A DNA stretch of 64,000 nt, from positions 79,546,001 through 79,610,000 of the forward strand of contig NC_135817.1 of the NCBI RefSeq assembly GCF_964213995.1, in the 5' to 3' direction. Positions 52,881 through 64,000 of this stretch are shown here, in pieces. Numbering within the stretch: the stretch's first letter is position 1; each line of letters starts with the position of its first letter. Below the pieces are notes generated by a model. That model worked only from the letters and a program-made list of their open reading frames with translations. It had not been told where the DNA came from and searched no databases. A program made the translations under genes and the position numbers. This DNA is from Mustelus asterias. Its lineage: Eukaryota.

Positions 52881-54121
52881 GTATGTTAGTATGACATCTT
52901 GAAACTCTGAAAGGCGCCATGCGAGCCTTTCTTTCTCTCCATATCTCATCCTGGTAACATCCCAGAGAACGTAACACTGCATCTTTTCCAAGTGTCTGTA
53001 TTTTTTCCTCTGATATTGTGTCAAGCTGTAATGATTCTTCCAGCTGTAAACCAGCTTATGTACAAGTTTGACATCACCTCCTTTGATTTTGAGTTCTCTG
53101 CTAATAGATATAAAACCCAGGGCCCCAATGTTTACGGCCTTATCCTGTGTTATCACCTTCAACGATCTGTAAATCTGAACACTAAGGAGCTGCTCTTGAA
53201 TCTATTCCTATTTAACTAGCTCTTTGACCAACTAATTGATCACCAGTCCTGTTACATCTTTATGCAGTTCCGCATCAAATTCTCTCCGATAATGCTCTTG
53301 CGAAGTGCCGCAGGATGCTTCACTATCTTAAAAAGGTTATGTAAATGCAAGTTGTTGTTGTTAATGAGCTGGGGCCATTTGTTTGCCCATTTGTTACAGT
53401 ACATTTATTTCTTCTTTTGAACAATGGTTTCCGAACACCATCGACAGGGCAAATGGATTCAGGCTGAGCTGCCTGAATGAAAGGCGAGTGCTCCATTGGT
53501 TCATGGCGTTGTCATGCAATGTTAATTCAGCTCCATAACTATGCTGCCTGGAGGAGCGATTCCAGCCAGCCGCTTCCCCCCACCCCCTCAAGACACCATT
53601 TTAAGGTTTAACGGAACAGAAATCCGCACTGCTGTGCCGGTGATGGAGTAGTCTAGGAAATCTGTGCAAGTCCATCAATTAAATGATGCACATTATACAG
53701 AGCGGGGGCTATCAGTCACTGAGTGTTCACTGACTGGGCATCAGCCATATGTGTAACAAGAAGCAGATCAGAGCAGGGATGGAGAATGGCCATCGACCTG
53801 AATGGCAGCTTCTTGTTTACACTCCTCTCCACGACAACAATCTGCATTCTCCGGCCGCCATTAGCATATTACCACATTCCCTAATGTGCTTTATTATCAA
53901 ACGAAACCTGATCTCAAACCACAGGAGGAATCATTAGCTAACCAAATGCTTGGGCATCTCGAGCTGGGCCAGCGTCTGTTGCCCATCCCTAATTGCCTAT
54001 TGAATGGCTTACCAAGCCATTTCAGAGGGCATTTAAGAGCCAACCACATTTCTGTGGCTCTGGAGTCACATGTAGGCCAGAACAGGTAAGGATGGCAGAT
54101 TTCCTCCCCTCAAGGGACATT

Positions 54122-54421
54122 GGCGGCACAGTGGTTAGCACTGCTGCCTCACAGCACCAGGGACCGGGGTTCAATTCCCGACTTGGGTCACTGTCTATGT
54201 GGAGTTTGCACGTTCTCCCCGTGTCTGTGTGGGTTTCCTCCAGGTGCTCTGGTTTCCTCCCACAGTCCAAAGATGTGTGGGTTCGGTTGATTGGCCATGC
54301 TAAATTGCCTCTTCGTGTCTGGGGTTAGTAGAGTTGTGGGGATAAGGTTTGGGTGGGATTGTGGTCGGTGCAGGCTTGATGGGCCAAATGGTCTCCTTCT
54401 GAACTGTAAGGATTCTATGAT
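54122..54421 (+). mobile_element. HE1 V-SINE inserted into a minus-strand SINE of the 55822 family
   Basis: Host reads ...gggacatt | agtgaaccagatggg across the insertion. Confidence 0.88.
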
Positions 54422-55821
54422 AGTGAACCAGATGGGTTTTTACAACATTAGATGATGGTTTCATGGTCATCGTTAGGCTTTGAATTCAAAATTCACCATC
54501 TGCCATGGTGGGATTCGAACACAGGTTCCCAGAACATAAACCTGGGTCTCTAAATTATAGTCCAGTGACAATACCACTTTGCCACTGCCCTCCCTTAGAG
54601 GAACCAATTACAGGCAGAGAGAAAGAGAGGCAGAGAGGTTTAGGAAGGTGTGGTGAGATCTCAGAGTGTTGTAAACTCAAAGAAGGTTTCAAATATGGGG
54701 AGGAGGTAAGGCGATGGAAGGATTTGAAAATGAGCATGGCGTATGAGGGGAGACCTGATAGACATCTACAAAATTATGAGAGGCAGGGTGGATAATCAGA
54801 GGCTTTTTCCAAGGGTGGAAGTGTCAATTACAAGAGGACACAGGTTCAAGGTGAAAGGAGGAAAGTTTAAGGGAGATAGGTGGGGGAGGTTTTTAAACAC
54901 AGAGAGTGTTGGGTGCCAGAGGAGGTGGTGGAAGCAGGCACATTAAGTTTTTTTTAGTTTAATTAGGGCGCCATGATTGACACAGTCTTGGAGGGCCGAA
55001 GGGCCTGTACCTGTGCTGTACTTTTCTTTGTTCTATGTTCTTTGTATCTTTTTCTTCCCTTCTGATTACAATTCTAATATCAGTGACAAATTCACTGAAA
55101 TACTTGGAAACCTGCCTCTTCTTTCATTTGCAGAACAATGCACGTTATGAGGGTGAAATGGCAGAAGGGTTGAAATTATGTAAAAATAGGGCAAGACAGG
55201 TGTAGAGTGTTTCTGCTCACTGAGGGTTCAAACATGAGGATTCAGTAACACATGATTGGCATCCTATCCACCACCTCCAACATCCACTCCTTCCACCATC
55301 AATGCACAGTGGCAGCAGCATGTACCATCTACACAATGCATCGCTGCAATAATCTACAAGATACACTGCAATAACTCATCAAGGCGGCACGGTAGCACAG
55401 TGGTTAGCACTGCTGCTTCAGAGACCCGAGTTCGATTCGCGGCATGGGTCACTGTCTGTGTGGAGTTTGCACGTTCTCAACTTGTCTGGGTGGGTTTCTT
55501 CCAGGTGCTCCAGTTTCCTCCCACATTCTGAAAGACATGCTGGTTAGGCACATTGACCCGAACAGGCGCCAGAACAGTTAACAACTCAGGAAATCTTACA
55601 CCCCGGATGGCTTTTTAAAAAATGTAATCTTTCACAAAGAGTGAGCCTCGCTGGCTAGACCAGCATTTATTGCCCATGCCTATTTGCCCTTGAGAAGGTG
55701 GTGGTGAGCTGCCTTCTTGAACCGCTGCAGTCTATTTGGTGTAGGTACACCCACAGTGCTGTTAGGGAGGGAGTTCTAGGATTTTGACCTAGCGACAATG
55801 AAGGAACAATGATATATTGTG

Positions 55822-56178
55822 GGGAGGCAATGGCCTGGTGGTATTATCGCTCGGTTATTAATCCAGAAACTCGGCTAATGTTCTGGGGACCCGGGTTCGA
55901 ATCCCACCAAGGCAGATGGTGGGATTTGAATTCAATAAAAAAAAATCTGGAATTAAGAATCTACTGATGACCATGAAACCATTGTCGATTGTTGGAAAAA
56001 CCCATCTGGTTCACTAATGTCCTTTAGGGAAGGAAATCTGCCATCCTTACCTGGTCTGGCCTACATGTGACTCCAGAGCCACAACAATGTGGTTGACTAT
56101 CAATTCCCCTGGGCAACTAGAGATGGGCAATAAATGCCGGCCTGGTAGCGACGCCTGTGCTCAATGAATGAATAAAAA
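55822..56178 (+). mobile_element. Full-length tRNA-derived SINE with a Meta-domain-like core, inserted in its partner LINE
   Basis: A box tggcctggtgg, B box ggttcgaatcc, core tgtcctttagggaaggaaatctgcc...tgtgactccaga, tail shared with 63331-63400; host reads gatatatt | tccaagtcaggat. Confidence 0.85.
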
Positions 56179-56329
56179 TTTCCAAGTCAGGATAGTGAGT
56201 GGCTTGGAGGGGAACTTGCATGTGGTGGCGTTCCCAGATATCTGCTGATCTTGTCTTTCTAGGTTATAGTGGTTACAGTTCCAGAAGGCACTGTCGAGTT
56301 GCTACAATGCATCTTGTAGGTTTTTGAAA

Positions 56330-56930
56330 ATTCATTCATGGGATTTGGGCATCATTGGATAGGCCAACAATTATGGCCATCCTTAACTCTCCTTGAGAAG
56401 GTGACGTGAGATGCCTTCTTCAACCGTTGCAGTGCTGTAGGTACACTCATAGTACTGTTCGGGAGGGAGCCCCAGGATTTTGACCCACCAACAGTGAAGG
56501 AACAGTGATATATTTCCAAGTCAGGATGTTGAGTGACTTGGAGGGGAACCTCAAGGTGGTGGTTCCCATGTATCTGTTGCCCTTGTCCTTCTAGATGGTA
56601 GTGGTCATGTGGTTGGAAGGTGCTGCCTAAGGACCATTGATCAATTCCTGCAGTGTACCTTGTAGATGGCATACACGGCTGCCACTGTTTGTTGGTGGTG
56701 GACTGCTCTGACCTGGAGGGTGTTGATCTTCTGAGTGATGTTGGAGCTGCATTCATTGAGGCAAGTAGAGAATATTCCATTACACTCTTGACATATGCCT
56801 TGTGGATGGTGGACAAGTATTGGGAAATGAGGAGATGAGTTAACCTCTGACCTGCTCTAGTAGCCACAGTATTTATATGGTTGGTCCAGTACGGTTTCTG
56901 ATCCATGGTGACGCCAAGGATATTGATAGT
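56330..56930 (-). mobile_element. LINE ORF2 C-terminal remnant (CR1/L2 group, not HER1)
   Basis: INILGVTMDQKPYWTNHINTV...LSTIHKAYVKSVMEYS. Confidence 0.8.
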
Positions 56931-57149
56931 GTAGATATTCTTCCTCTGTGAATCTAGACAGTAAGTGTTGGGAAGACATTGAACTTCTCTTCTCCCCCAT
57001 CCTTCTGACTCAGAGTGCTTCTGACTGAGCCACGGCTGACACCCTGGGAGGGGAGGCTCCATGTGAAGATATCCAAAAATACAACTGCACCCCTTCCCAC
57101 TGATGAGTAAGCGCGTTGCCTCATTTAGCAATGGGACATACACGATGGA

Positions 57150-58030
57150 AGATTCCAGCTTTTGACAATTCTAACTCCTCCCTGACCAAACTCCCACTTT
57201 TGACCCTCAGGGTCACCCAATCCCTGCTGCCGATGTCCTCACTCACACCAACGCCTGTTCAGCCATCATCTCTGTACTCGCTGAGCTGCACTGGTTTCCC
57301 AGTTAGTAACACCTCAGTTTTAACATTTCTGGTGTTCAAATCCCTTCATAGCCCTGCCACTCCCCCGCTGGAATTTTATCGCCTTGCCCGCCATGGCGAG
57401 GGGCAGACAACGGAAATGTCCATTGAACTCAGGTGGGAATTTACGGTCTCACTTGAGCGAGGCCATAAAATCCTGCCAACCTCTGTCACCTCCTCCAGCC
57501 CACAACCCTCCGTTATCTCCTCTCATTCTGCCTCTTGCGCATCCATGATTCTAATTCCTCCACCGTTGGTGCCAATGCCTTCAACTGCCTCGAACTGACT
57601 CTGGAATTCCCTCTTAAACCTCTCCGTCTCTTTGCCTCACTTTTCCTCCTTTTAGGATTACTTGGACCAAGCCTCTTTCATCTGTGCCAATGGCCGAAAC
57701 TTCTTGCGCTTTCCCACCGGTGAGATCTTATGGTTTCGCCGACTTGTCCCCCAACACCGTGCGTTTCCCGGCTGTGGAGGCTGCAAATAACGGGAAAACG
57801 CAGTGACATTGGCGGAACCGTGAGATACTGCTGCTGACCGATGGTGGGCCTCCCCCACCTCTGCGGACATGCCGTGGGTTGTGGGGGACCGGGGGCAGGG
57901 AGCAATCCTGCCCAATGTCTTTTTATGTGTCTCGGTGTCGTAGTGGTCTCATTTTCTAACACCTCTATAAAGTGCCTTGGGATGTTTATTTAATTAACGG
58001 TGCTATAGAAATACAGGTTGTTGTTGTTGA
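57150..58030 (+). mobile_element. Decayed L2-type LINE 3' fragment interrupted by two MITEs (57366-57477, about 57681-57913)
   Basis: ctgcactggtttcc...ttcaaatcccttcat remnant; tail gtgccttgggatg...gctatagaaatacagg(ttg)n. Confidence 0.65.
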
Positions 58031-58800
58031 TGAGTGTATATGGAGCTCCAACCCCTGTGGCATGTTTTGGTTCCACTGCCAGGCTGTGTGTTGAATTGAC
58101 TGCCGCTGTGCGATGCTGTGTGCCAACCTTTCAAGAACAGTGTGTGACTAGCATTATTTTATAGCCCTAGGCTTCTCACTGGGTGACAAATAATGTGCCC
58201 AGTGAGGCCTTGGTCAGAATCTTACTGCGGGACAGATCCTGTGCTGACTGCTTTATCTTTCACATCTGAGGGAGTCCGTGTGGTGTACGATTGCTTCCTG
58301 TCTGACACTTGCTTTATCTGAGCAAGAGAGAAGTAAAAAGTGTCAGCACAGCGATTAGTCAGAGCGCGCCCACCTCTCATTCACCAATTTCCAGATTTAA
58401 ACACTGGCGGCTGATGTTTCGAGACCACCTGTTCAAAGTGCCGACTTGCACACACAGCACACACAGCCTCAGAGAACTGACTGCCCCGGGGCTGGGACAC
58501 ATTTTCCTCCGAGTTACTCTCTCCCCCTGATGGCACCAGTACGTATGCATCAGCAAATAACTGCTGCCCCCCACCGCCCCATTCCCCCCTGTGGAATGAA
58601 AGTGATGGACACAAAATGGTAACCTGGGAAGGGACATTTAAAGACACTGGCTTTTGGCACAGACAGTTACACAAAAAGTTAAAACCTGCAGTATCCAATG
58701 CCGGCATCTCCACATCGTGTCTGAATTGCTGCAGGAAGCTGGTCAGAGCTTGAGGCACTTTAGATAAGAGCAGAACCAGAACAATGAGTCTGATAATAAG

Positions 58801-61290
58801 AGTGTGGAGATGCCGGTGTTGGACTGGGGTAAACACAGTAAGAAGTCGAACAACACCAGGTTAAAGTCCAACAGGTTTATTTGGTAGCAAAAGCCACTAG
58901 CTTTCGGAACAGGCTGTGCCTTCGTCAGGTGGGTGGGAGGTCTGATTACAAACAGGGCACAAAGACACAAACTCAATTTACATGAATAATGATTGGAATG
59001 TGAGTCTTTACAGCTAATCAAGTCTTAAAGGTACAGACAATGTGAGTGGAGGGAGCATTAAGCACAGGTTAAAGAGATGTGTATTGTCTCCAGACAGGAC
59101 AGCTGGTGAGATTTTGCATATCCAGACAGGTTGTGTGGGGTACAGATAGTGTGACATGAACCCAATATCCCGGTTGAGGCTGTCCTCATGTGTGCGGAAC
59201 CTGGCTATCAGTCTCTGCTCAGCGACTCTGTGCTGTCATGTGCCGTGAAGGCCACCTTGGAGAATGCTTACCCGAAGATCAGAGGCTGAATGCCTGTGAC
59301 CGCTGAAGTGCTCCCCAACAGGAAGAGAACAGTCTTGCCTTGTGATTGTCGAGCGGTGTTCATTCATCCGTTGTCGTAGCGTCTGCATGGTTTCCCCAAT
59401 GTACCATGCCTTGAGACATCCTTTCCTGCAGCATAACAGGTAGACAACGTTGGCCGAGTTGCAAGAGTATGTACCGTGTACCTGGTGGTGGTGTTCTCAC
59501 GTGAGATGATGGCATCCGTGTCGATGATCCGGCACGTCTTGCAGTGGTTGCTGTGGCAGGGTTGTGTGGTGCCGTGGTCACTGTTCTCCTGAAGGCTGGG
59601 TAGTTTGCTGCGGACAATGGTCTGTTTGAGGTTGTGCGGTTGTTTGAAAGCAAGAAGTGGGGTGTGGGGATGGCCTTGGCGAGATGTTCGTCTTCATCAA
59701 TGACATGTTGAAGGCTCCGGAGGAGATGTCGTAGCTTCTCCGCTCCGGGGAAGTACTGGACGACGAAGGGTACTCTGTCCACCGTGTCCCGTGTTTGTCT
59801 TCTGAGGAGGTCGGTGCAGTTTTGCGCTGTGGCGCGTCAGAACTGTCGATCGATGAGTTGAGCGCCATATCCTATTCTTATGAGGACATCTTTCAGCGTC
59901 TGGAGGTGTCTGTTGTGATCCTCCTCATCCGAGCAGATCCTGTGTATACGGAGGGCTTGTCCGTAGGGGATGGTTTCTTTAACATGTTTAGGGTGGAAGC
60001 TGGAGCTGTGGAGCATCGTGAGGTTATCCATGGGCTTGCGGTACAGTGAGGAGCTGAGGTGACCGTCCTTAATGGAGATGCGTGTGTCCAAGAATGCAAC
60101 CAATTCCGGAGAGTAGTCTATGGTGAGTCTGATGGTGGGATGGAACTTGTTGATGTCATCATATAGTTGTTTCAGTGATTGCTCACCATGAGGCCAAAGG
60201 AAGAAAATGTCATCGATGTATCTAGTGTATAGCATCGGTTGAAGGTCCTGTGTGGTGAAGAAGTCTTGTTCGAACCTGTGCATGAAGATGTTGGCATATT
60301 GCGGAGCGAATTTTGTCCCCATGGCTGTTCCGTGTGTCTGGATGAAGAACTGGTTGTTGAAGGTGAAGACATTGTGGCCCAGGATGAAGCGGATGAGTTG
60401 TAAAATTGCATCTGGAAACTGGCAGTTGTCGGCATTGAGTACTGAGGCAGTTGCAGCAATGCCATCATTGTGGGGGATGCTGGTGTAGAGTGCTGAGACA
60501 TCCATTGTGACGAGGAGTGCTCCTGGTTCAACTGCTCCATGTGTGCTGAGTTTCTGTAGGAAGTCCATAGTGTCGCGACAAAAGCTGGGGGTTCTTTGTA
60601 CAATGGGTTTCAGGATGCCCTCGACATAGCCGGAGAGGTTCTCGCACAGGTCCCATTGCCCGATACGATGGGACAGCCGGGTGTGTTGCCTTGTGTATCT
60701 TCGGGAGGCAGTAGAGATCTCCAACGCGGGGAGTACGTGGGATGAGAGCACGGAGGGTGTTCTGAAGGTCCGGATCAAAAGACTTGATCAGAGTGCTGAA
60801 TTGACGGGTGTGTTCTTTGGTCGGATCTGCGGGTAACTATCTTTAGTGTTCCTTGTTGTTCAGTTGTCGGTACACTTCTTTGCAGTAATCTGTTCTATTC
60901 AGTATGACGATGGCCCCTCCTTTGTCTGCTGGTTTGATGACAATGTTGCGGTTGGTCTTGAGAGCGTGGATGGCGTTGCGTTGTGCTTGGGTGATGTTCG
61001 GGGCTGTCTTGTGAGTGCGGCTGATGAATTTGGTGTTGATGCACCTCCTGATGGCTTGGGCATACATGTCAAGTCAAGGGCAGCGGCCTTCTGGAGGAGT
61101 CCAGTTCGACTCTTTCCTCTTCGGATGCACTGCGGATCTCTCTGTCGGTTGTTCCGGTTCATTGGCTGTCTCATTGTGTTCGCTGTTGGCCTCTTGGGGT
61201 TTGTGGAAGAACTCCCGCAGCCTCATTCGCCTGATGAATTCCTCTGTGTCTGCTGCGAGACTGATGGGGTCCATTTTGGCGGTGCAAAAA
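58801..61290 (-). mobile_element. Penelope-like retroelement (RT + GIY-YIG, Neptune-like), 5'-truncated and frameshifted
   Basis: RT motifs LVTMDVSALYTSIP, GTAMGTKFAPQYANIFM, YTRYIDDIF; PADKGG upstream; CxxxxCxxC linker; GIY-YIG NVVYLLCC..WYIGET...RMNEH; 12-bp TSD tctgataataag at 58789-58800 and 61291-61302. Confidence 0.95.
58894..58932 (-). ncRNA. Minimal type I hammerhead ribozyme in the PLE 3' terminal repeat
   Basis: Reverse complement: ccac-CUGACGA-a-ggcacagccuguucc-GAAA-gc-UA-gugg. Confidence 0.78.
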
Positions 61291-61899
61291 TCTGATAATA
61301 AGGTCAGCCACAGATTGGAACATAAATACATAAATGTAACAAGATCAGCCACTGAATGTATAGATCGAAACCAGTCATTGATAGAGGACATAACTGCATA
61401 AATGTATCCATTTTATGAACAATGGTATGTTAACTGTCCATGTCTGTACCTGTCTGCTTGTAATGATGTGTTAACTATCGATGTCCGTATCTGTCTACTC
61501 AACTTGTAACGATGTGTTAACGGCTAATGTCCGGACTACCTATTGTCTAAAAGGTATAAAAATGATCAACTACTATTGTGTAGTTGAGAAGGTAGCTGCC
61601 AAGTACCGCAGAGTACCAGTGCTTCCTCCCAAAACTTTGTCCGAAATAAAACCGTATTGTTGAAACCTCCAAGTCTGACTCCGAAGTGGTAAATTTCCCA
61701 CAACACCCCCTCCCCTCCTCCCCCCTGCATCTGGCTCATAGCAAGAAACAGCACAGAGAAGGCCATTCTGACCATCTTGACAGTGCTAGAATCGTTCAGA
61801 AGATCCTGGGCACCAAGCGTTGTCAATGATGTTTGAGGTAGACGGATTTTTGAACTACAAGGGAATCAAGGGTTAAGATAAGCAGGGGTAGTGGGGGGA

Positions 61900-62335
61900 A
61901 CAATCATATGGACATATGAACCAGCAGCAGGAGTAGGCCATTTGGTCCTTCAAGCCTGCTCCGCCATTCAATAAGATCATGGTTGATCTAACGACTATAA
62001 CCTCCCACAAATCCCTGGTAGCCTTTCACCCTCTTGTTGATCAAGAATCTATCTAGCACCGCCTTGAAAATATTCAAAGACTTTTCTTCCACTGTCTTTT
62101 GAGGAAGAGAGTTCCAAAAACTCAACCCTCTGTGAAAAAAACTCCTGATCTCCGTATTAAATGGGTGACCCTTTATTTTTAACCTGACCCTGAGGAAACA
62201 TCCTCTCCTCATCCATCCTGTCACGACTCCTCAGGATCTTATATGTATCAATCAAGTCACCCCCTTACTCTTCTAAACTCCAGTGAATACAAGCCTAGCC
62301 CCTCCAACCTTTCCACAGAAGATAACCTGCCTATT
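61900..62335 (-). mobile_element. CR1 3' fragment
   Basis: ggagtaggccatt... reverse tail; FWNSLPQKTVE...FKAVLDRFL remnant. Confidence 0.8.
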
Positions 62336-62344
62336 CTCGTTATT

Positions 62345-63400
62345 ATTTTATTCATTCGTGGGAAATGGGCATCGCTGGCTGGGCCAGCATTTATTACCCA
62401 TCCCTAGTTGTCCTTGAGAAGGTGGTGGTGAGCTGCCTTCTTGAATCGCTGCAGTCCATGTTCTGTGGGTTGACCCACAATGCCGTTAGGGAGGATTTTG
62501 ACCCAGTGACTGCGAAGGAACGGCGATATATTTCCAAGTCAGGATGGTGAGTGACTTGGAGGGGAACTTGCAGGTGGTGGTGTTCTCATTTATCTGCTGC
62601 TCTTCTCCTTCTAGATGGAAGTGGTCGTGTGTTTGGAAGGTGCTGTCTAAGGATCTTTGGTGAATTGCTGCAGTGCATCTTGCAGATGGTACACACTGCT
62701 GCTACTGAGCATCGGTGGTGGAGGGATTGAATGTTTGCAGATCATCACCAATAAGAAACGCTCTAACCACTGCCCCTTGATATTCAGTGGTGTTTCCATC
62801 ACTGAATCCCCCACTGTCAACATCCTTGGGGTTACCATTGACCAGAAATTCAGCTGGACTCGCCACATAAACATAGTGGATACAAGAACAGGTCAAAGGC
62901 TAGGAATACTGCGGCGAGTAACTCACCTCCTGACTCCCCAAAGCCTATCCACCATCTACAAGGCACAAGTCAGGAGTGTGATGGACAAAGCAGCCCGCTT
63001 GATTGGCACCACAGCTACAAACATCCACTCCCTCCACCACCAACACTCATCCACAAGATGCACTGCAGCAATTTTCCAAAGATCCTTAGACGGCACCTTC
63101 CAAACCTATGACCACTTCCCTCTGGAAGGACAAGGGCAGCTGATACATGGGAACGCCACCACCTGCAAATTCCCCTCCAAGCTACTCACTATCCCGAATT
63201 GGAAATATATCGCATTCCTTCGCAGTCGCTGGGTCAAAATCCTGGAATTCCCTCCCTAACGGCATTGTGGCTCAACCATAGCACATGGACTGCAGCGATT
63301 CAAGAAGGCAGCTCACCACCACCTTCTCAAGGGCAACTAGGGATGGGCAATAAATGCTGGCCAGCCAGCGACGCCCATGCCCCAAGAATGAATAAAAGAA
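62345..63400. mobile_element. Two copies of one LINE 3' end in inverted arrangement (62345-62730 minus, 62745-63400 plus)
   Basis: Plus copy encodes VNILGVTIDQKFSWTRHI...LSTIYKAQVRSVM; both end in the gggatgggcaataaatgctggcc...gaatgaataaaa tail. Confidence 0.85.
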
Positions 63401-63945
63401 ACGTCCTTAAGGCAGATTGAAGCTCGGGAAGGTGAGTCACTGCAGCAATTAGGGAGGAATTCTGCCTGCCACGGGAATTGTAGCCTCGGGCGGGAGTTTC
63501 AGGTTTTGGATCGAGCGTGACCCACCCGAGGATTGGGCACTCTGAGATGAATGTAGAAATAGGCGGGCATTGAAAGGTCGAGAACCATCGAATGAACCTT
63601 CTACCATCCTCATAATCGCACGAGACAATGATAATGGAACTGTCGGTTAATCAGAGCAATCAATCTGTATCAATTAGTCAGCAACAGCCTCAGGGGAAAA
63701 CTCCCAGTGCTGATGAGCTTGGGGAATCAGGGGTCGAAAGTCCTCTGTCCCTCAGGTGTAATACTCCACTCACCAAACTGTGTGTCAAATTATCTTATAC
63801 TTGATAAGCTGTTTGTCTTTCTTTGGTAAAAACAGGAGCAGGAACTGAAGGCCATACTGTTGCTCCCAGTCCACGCACCCCCCCCCCCCCCCCCGCCCCC
63901 ATCCCCCAATTGAGATAGGCGAACTAAAAACAGACTAGCAACCAA

Positions 63946-64000
63946 ATCATAGAATCATAGAAACCCTACAGTGCAGAAGGAGGCCATTCGGCCCATCGAG
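63946..64000 (-). mobile_element. HE1/CR1 tail running off the window
   Basis: atcatagaatcatagaaaccctacagtgcagaaggaggccattcggcccatcgag. Confidence 0.8.

Larger units (their letters stand above)
58590..61705 (+). mobile_element. Solo LTR (58590-58800 plus 61303-61705) split by the PLE insertion
   Basis: TG...CA ends between C runs (probable TSD), tandem tgtaa(t/c)gatgtgttaac repeats, TATAAAA about 61555, AATAAA about 61645. Confidence 0.65.

Noticed and set aside
59360-61290. Possible intact or domesticated PLE protein
   Set aside because: The ORF is broken by several frameshifts and truncated at the 5' TSD.
26200-64000. GABPA or other known APP-neighbour exons
   Set aside because: No ETS-domain or other recognisable host coding sequence found by eye.

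Overview
This is vertebrate genomic DNA, almost certainly from a cartilaginous fish (shark), judged from HE1-type V-SINEs and HER1/CR1-type LINEs. Positions 1-26.2 kb hold the 3' half of the amyloid precursor protein gene (APP, + strand). Ten coding exons, equivalent to human exons 9-18, have the human lengths (134, 75, 159, 129, 100, 222, 54, 101, 147, 102 nt) and canonical GT-AG boundaries, followed by a 3'UTR with conserved blocks and an AATAAA. The encoded amyloid-beta is [42 protein letters not shown]: it has the 'Icelandic' A2T residue plus D1E, H6Q and A21P. Both delta-secretase Asn sites are also absent. The rest of the window is repeat-dense: CR1, L2 and Rex1 LINE fragments, three SINE groups, MITEs and two solo LTRs. 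A Penelope-like (RT + GIY-YIG) element and five short derivatives carry minimal hammerhead ribozymes, some as inverted hairpin pairs. A phase-consistent set of candidate minus-strand exons at 30.3-49.0 kb may be an unannotated gene convergent with APP. Repeat boundaries are approximate, and comparisons with human sequence are from recall, not a database search.
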